From an uncultured Clostridia bacterium (GTDB lineage: Bacteria > Bacillota > Clostridia > Lachnospirales > Lachnospiraceae), in assembly GCA_946184675.1 (NCBI GenBank), contig CAMHFW010000001.1, positions 14,822 to 78,821 of the forward strand: DNA of 64,000 nt, read 5' to 3'. The translations under genes and the position numbers were made by a program. The notes under the pieces are model-generated. The model had not been told where the DNA came from and made no database searches. It saw only the letters and a list, made by a program, of their open reading frames with translations. Of this stretch, positions 61,746-64,000 are shown piece after piece. Each line of letters begins with the position of its first letter. The first letter of the stretch is position 1.

Positions 61746-61770
61746 TTATGCGAGGACTCTTTTGTTGTCT

Positions 61771-62688
61771 TTATCCCAGATAAAGCATCTGTCTTGCTTC
61801 TTCTGATGTGGCAATTTCCTTGCCGAATTCGCCGCAGATTCTTGCCATCTTGGCTACCAGCTCTGCGTTGGACTTGGCAAGTACGCCTTTCTCCAGATAG
61901 AGATTGTCTTCCAGGCCTACACGGATATTTCCGCCCAGGATTGCAGATACTGCGCCGATCTCAAATTCGCTCTTTCCGGTTGCTGCGCAGGACCATACAT
62001 AATTCTCTGCCCCGATTACCTCATCTGCCGTTCTCTTGAGGAAGTTGAGGTTGTTGACAGAAGCAGGGATGCCGCCCATAACGCCAATGACAAACTGGAT
62101 GTATACAGGAGTCTTTAAGATGCCCTTCTTGATGAAATACTGGATGTTGGAAAGCATGCCGACATCATATACCTCAAACTCCGGCTTGGTTCCGTATTTG
62201 TTCATGAGCAGAATATACTCTTCGATATCCTTAAAGGTGTTTGCGAAAGGCACCTGATAGGTATTCTGAACGAAAGGAATCTCCCAGTCGTACATAGGCT
62301 CTTTGATCTTATCTGCGATTCCGGAGAAGCAGAAGTTTACAGATCCGGCGTTGCAGGAAGCCAGTTCCGGCTTTGCTACGGGAAGCGCTGCCAGGCGCTC
62401 CTCATTGGTCATGCCGATCGCACCGCCTGTGGTGCAGCCGATGATCACATCACATCTCTCGCGGATACCGTCAACAACTTCCTTCATCAAGCCAGGATCT
62501 CCGGTCGGCTGGCCGTTCTCGGGATTACGTGTATGGAGATGTACCACTGCCGCGCCAGCCTCATGTGCTGCCACTGCTTCATCAATGATCTGCTGCGGGG
62601 TAATGGGCAGATACGGGGACATGCTGGGAATATGTACTGCGCCGGTGATTGCCGCGGTAAGAACTACTTTTTTTGCCATTTTTGTCAT
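61771..62688 (-). CDS. kce: 3-keto-5-aminohexanoate cleavage enzyme family (BKACE/DUF849)
   Basis: VVLTAAITGAVHIPSMSPYLPITPQQIIDEAVAAHEAGAAVVHLHTRNPENGQP is the typical BKACE N-terminus. The symbol denotes the family only; the substrate is unknown. Confidence 0.8.
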   Translation of the reverse strand: MTKMAKKVVLTAAITGAVHIPSMSPYLPITPQQIIDEAVAAHEAGAAVVHLHTRNPENGQPTGDPGLMKEVVDGIRERCDVIIGCTTGGAIGMTNEERLAALPVAKPELASCNAGSVNFCFSGIADKIKEPMYDWEIPFVQNTYQVPFANTFKDIEEYILLMNKYGTKPEFEVYDVGMLSNIQYFIKKGILKTPVYIQFVIGVMGGIPASVNNLNFLKRTADEVIGAENYVWSCAATGKSEFEIGAVSAILGGNIRVGLEDNLYLEKGVLAKSNAELVAKMARICGEFGKEIATSEEARQMLYLG

Positions 62689-62707
62689 TTCTCCTTATCT
62701 CTTCTAA

Positions 62708-63334
62708 TCAGTTCTTCGGTGTGAAGAAGGGTTTGCCCTGTGTGATCTCAATTCCGCACCATCCAAGCATGAGAGCCATGATCTGCCACATTGCTGCGAT
62801 ACCATCAATCAGGAGGCAGAAAGCTGCGGGATAGTTGAGTACTGCCGGTGCGAGACCTGCGCCGGTAAGACCGTAGCCAAGCACGCCAAGGCCGCCGAAC
62901 AGGAACATGATAAAGTCACACTTGCATGCATATTTTAAGCCGGGAAGCATGATCAGAAGGAATACGCCGGCTACGATAAATGCCACGCCGCAGATCTGAT
63001 AGCAAAAAGGAATGGATGCTGGTACAAGTGACATGGTTACGTGTGCAGTTCCGGCAATTCCGCCGAAAACAGTTGCAAAAATCATGAAGGTATTGCCGCC
63101 GAAGGCATTGCCGTTCTTAAGAAGGATGATACCGCCGACGGTATAAGTTACAAATACGCCCAGCTGCAGCACGCCGATGGCAAGAACTGCGCCGTCTGTG
63201 AAAAAGCCCATTGTGTTTGCCCAGAAGCAGAAACACAGAGTTGCGAATACCAGATTCAGCACCGGAACCGGGCTGCCGAAAGTGTTCTCAGGATTCACTG
63301 TTACTTTTACTTCCTGAATATTGTTATTTTCCAT
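62708..63334 (-). CDS. Six-TM membrane protein, GPR1/FUN34/YaaH (acetate/succinate channel)-like
   Basis: An N-terminal NPENTFGSPVP motif (compare NPAPLGL) and LLKNGNAFGGNTFMIFATVFGG (compare YKKGNTFGLTAFTSYG in SatP). Confidence 0.55.
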   Translation of the reverse strand: MENNNIQEVKVTVNPENTFGSPVPVLNLVFATLCFCFWANTMGFFTDGAVLAIGVLQLGVFVTYTVGGIILLKNGNAFGGNTFMIFATVFGGIAGTAHVTMSLVPASIPFCYQICGVAFIVAGVFLLIMLPGLKYACKCDFIMFLFGGLGVLGYGLTGAGLAPAVLNYPAAFCLLIDGIAAMWQIMALMLGWCGIEITQGKPFFTPKN

Positions 63335-63476
63335 GATATATTCTCCTATTTTTCCTCCCGGTCTCCCGGAAAATGGCGTAATTTAATACACCTGCGAAGG
63401 CGCAAGCCTCCGCAGGCGCTTCTGATGATGTTATGTTATACGTTTTTAAAGATTCTGCTCTTACGAAAGGTCTCTG

Positions 63477-64000
63477 TTATACGATTGCGATCGGGCGGAT
63501 GAACATGCCTGTGCCGCCTTTGATCTTTGTGGGTGCTGCCATGAAGCAGAACTCATAGCACTTGTCTTTTGCAAGCTCGTCCATCTGAACTGCCTCGATG
63601 AAGTGTACGCCCATCTGGTCCAGGCAGTAGTGATGTACCGGATGCGGGTGACGAGGCCAGGACATCGTGCCGTCAGCATTGTTCTGCTCGAAAGCAACCA
63701 TATCGTCGCCCATCAGAACTGCGCCGTGTCCCTCCACCAGGCAGCGTGCTGCTTCCAGGGTCATACCTGCGCCGGGACAGTTGTCAAGGGTCGGCCAGGT
63801 CTCGCCGAGACGGATCAGAACACAATCCTTCTCCTTAAGTTCAACGCCTTCCCACTTAGCGCACTCTTCGATATCCTCAGCGGTTACGCCGTAGTTTGCG
63901 GGAACATGATCCAGTCCCTTGTAGCCTGCGATGTCAAGGAGAACACCTCTGAGAATCATCGGGGGAATGGTGGTCGCGTCGCACTTCATGATGCCGTAAT
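63477..64000 (-). CDS. Cyclase-family protein (kynurenine-formamidase-like), C-terminal part; the 5' end lies beyond the window
   Basis: RGVLLDIAGYKG...ITAEDIEE...KDCVLIRLG...LEAARCLVEGHGAVLMGDDM... is typical of putative cyclases (PF04199). The frame stays open to position 64000, and the HxGTHxD motif expected upstream is missing. Confidence 0.7.
   Translation of the reverse strand, partial: YGIMKCDATTIPPMILRGVLLDIAGYKGLDHVPANYGVTAEDIEECAKWEGVELKEKDCVLIRLGETWPTLDNCPGAGMTLEAARCLVEGHGAVLMGDDMVAFEQNNADGTMSWPRHPHPVHHYCLDQMGVHFIEAVQMDELAKDKCYEFCFMAAPTKIKGGTGMFIRPIAIV

Noticed and set aside
61602-61770. Small SCIFF/sactipeptide-type precursor ORF upstream of the radical SAM gene
   Set aside because: I read both strands and found no Cys-rich short ORF with an RBS. 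The region is occupied by the BKACE terminator and a promoter.
1-64000. Mobile elements, prophage, integrases, and tRNA-adjacent island boundaries
   Set aside because: No transposase, integrase or phage-like ORFs were recognised, and there are no direct repeats of tRNA 3' ends. Genes flanking the tRNA cluster are housekeeping-type.

Overview
A 64-kb chromosomal segment that looks like a Clostridia (Lachnospiraceae-like) genome; the taxon is inferred from gene content and gene order only. Most genes are on the minus strand.

Gene content, left to right:
- 1..7052: the S10/spc ribosomal-protein cluster, rpsJ through rpsZ (15 genes), with its own promoter and a roughly 230-nt leader.
- 7410..10599: a SAM methyltransferase, a LytTR regulator with a small membrane partner, and a membrane-anchored hydrolase.
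- 10804..13214: a thiol-peroxide operon (gpx, a thioredoxin-reductase-like flavoprotein lacking NADPH-binding motifs, marR/ohrR-like, trxA) behind a promoter carrying a TACAATTGTA palindrome.
- 13264..18487: housekeeping genes (Nudix, cobO, HAD phosphatase, mntP, aroA, a lipoprotein).
- 18900..29865: a zinc-ribbon/TPR membrane protein, a 51-aa small ORF, folC, an esterase, a tightly linked pair of unknown function (1178-aa helical giant plus a 697-aa degenerate Hsp70/actin-fold protein), and purA.
- 30412..32150: crt-hbd.
- 32375..39434: an eight-gene string joining a type-II (BtuFCD/FecBCD-like) ABC importer, asrABC sulfite reductase, a CbiK-type chelatase and an FNT (hydrosulfide-channel-like) gene, next to a divergent Crp/Fnr regulator.
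- 40360..40854: a five-tRNA operon (Pro-Arg-His-Gln-Leu).
- 40920..50235: rdgB, a membrane-anchored papain-like peptidase, a THUMP methyltransferase, an aldo/keto reductase, an HTH-Uma2 nuclease, a TIR-Sel1 protein and a metallophosphoesterase.
- 50236..50805: a 570-nt intergenic block packed with tandem hairpin repeats.
- 50821..58620: a 10-gene Mrp/Mbh-type membrane module with three NuoL/MrpD-like subunits and no MrpA or hydrogenase/Nuo peripheral genes.
- 58924..61601: a radical-SAM/SPASM-like enzyme translationally coupled to a membrane protein that ends in a (Cys-Ala)n tail.
- 61771..64000: a BKACE / YaaH-like / cyclase cluster.

I saw no transposase, integrase, phage genes, rRNA or CRISPR array.

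The candidates most worth follow-up are:
- the giant/Hsp70-like pair
- the rSAM plus Cys-Ala-tail pair
- the TIR-Sel1 gene
- the hairpin-repeat array
- the MrpA-less Mrp-like module
- the ABC-asr-chelatase-FNT operon

All family assignments come from motif recognition by eye. No database search was run.
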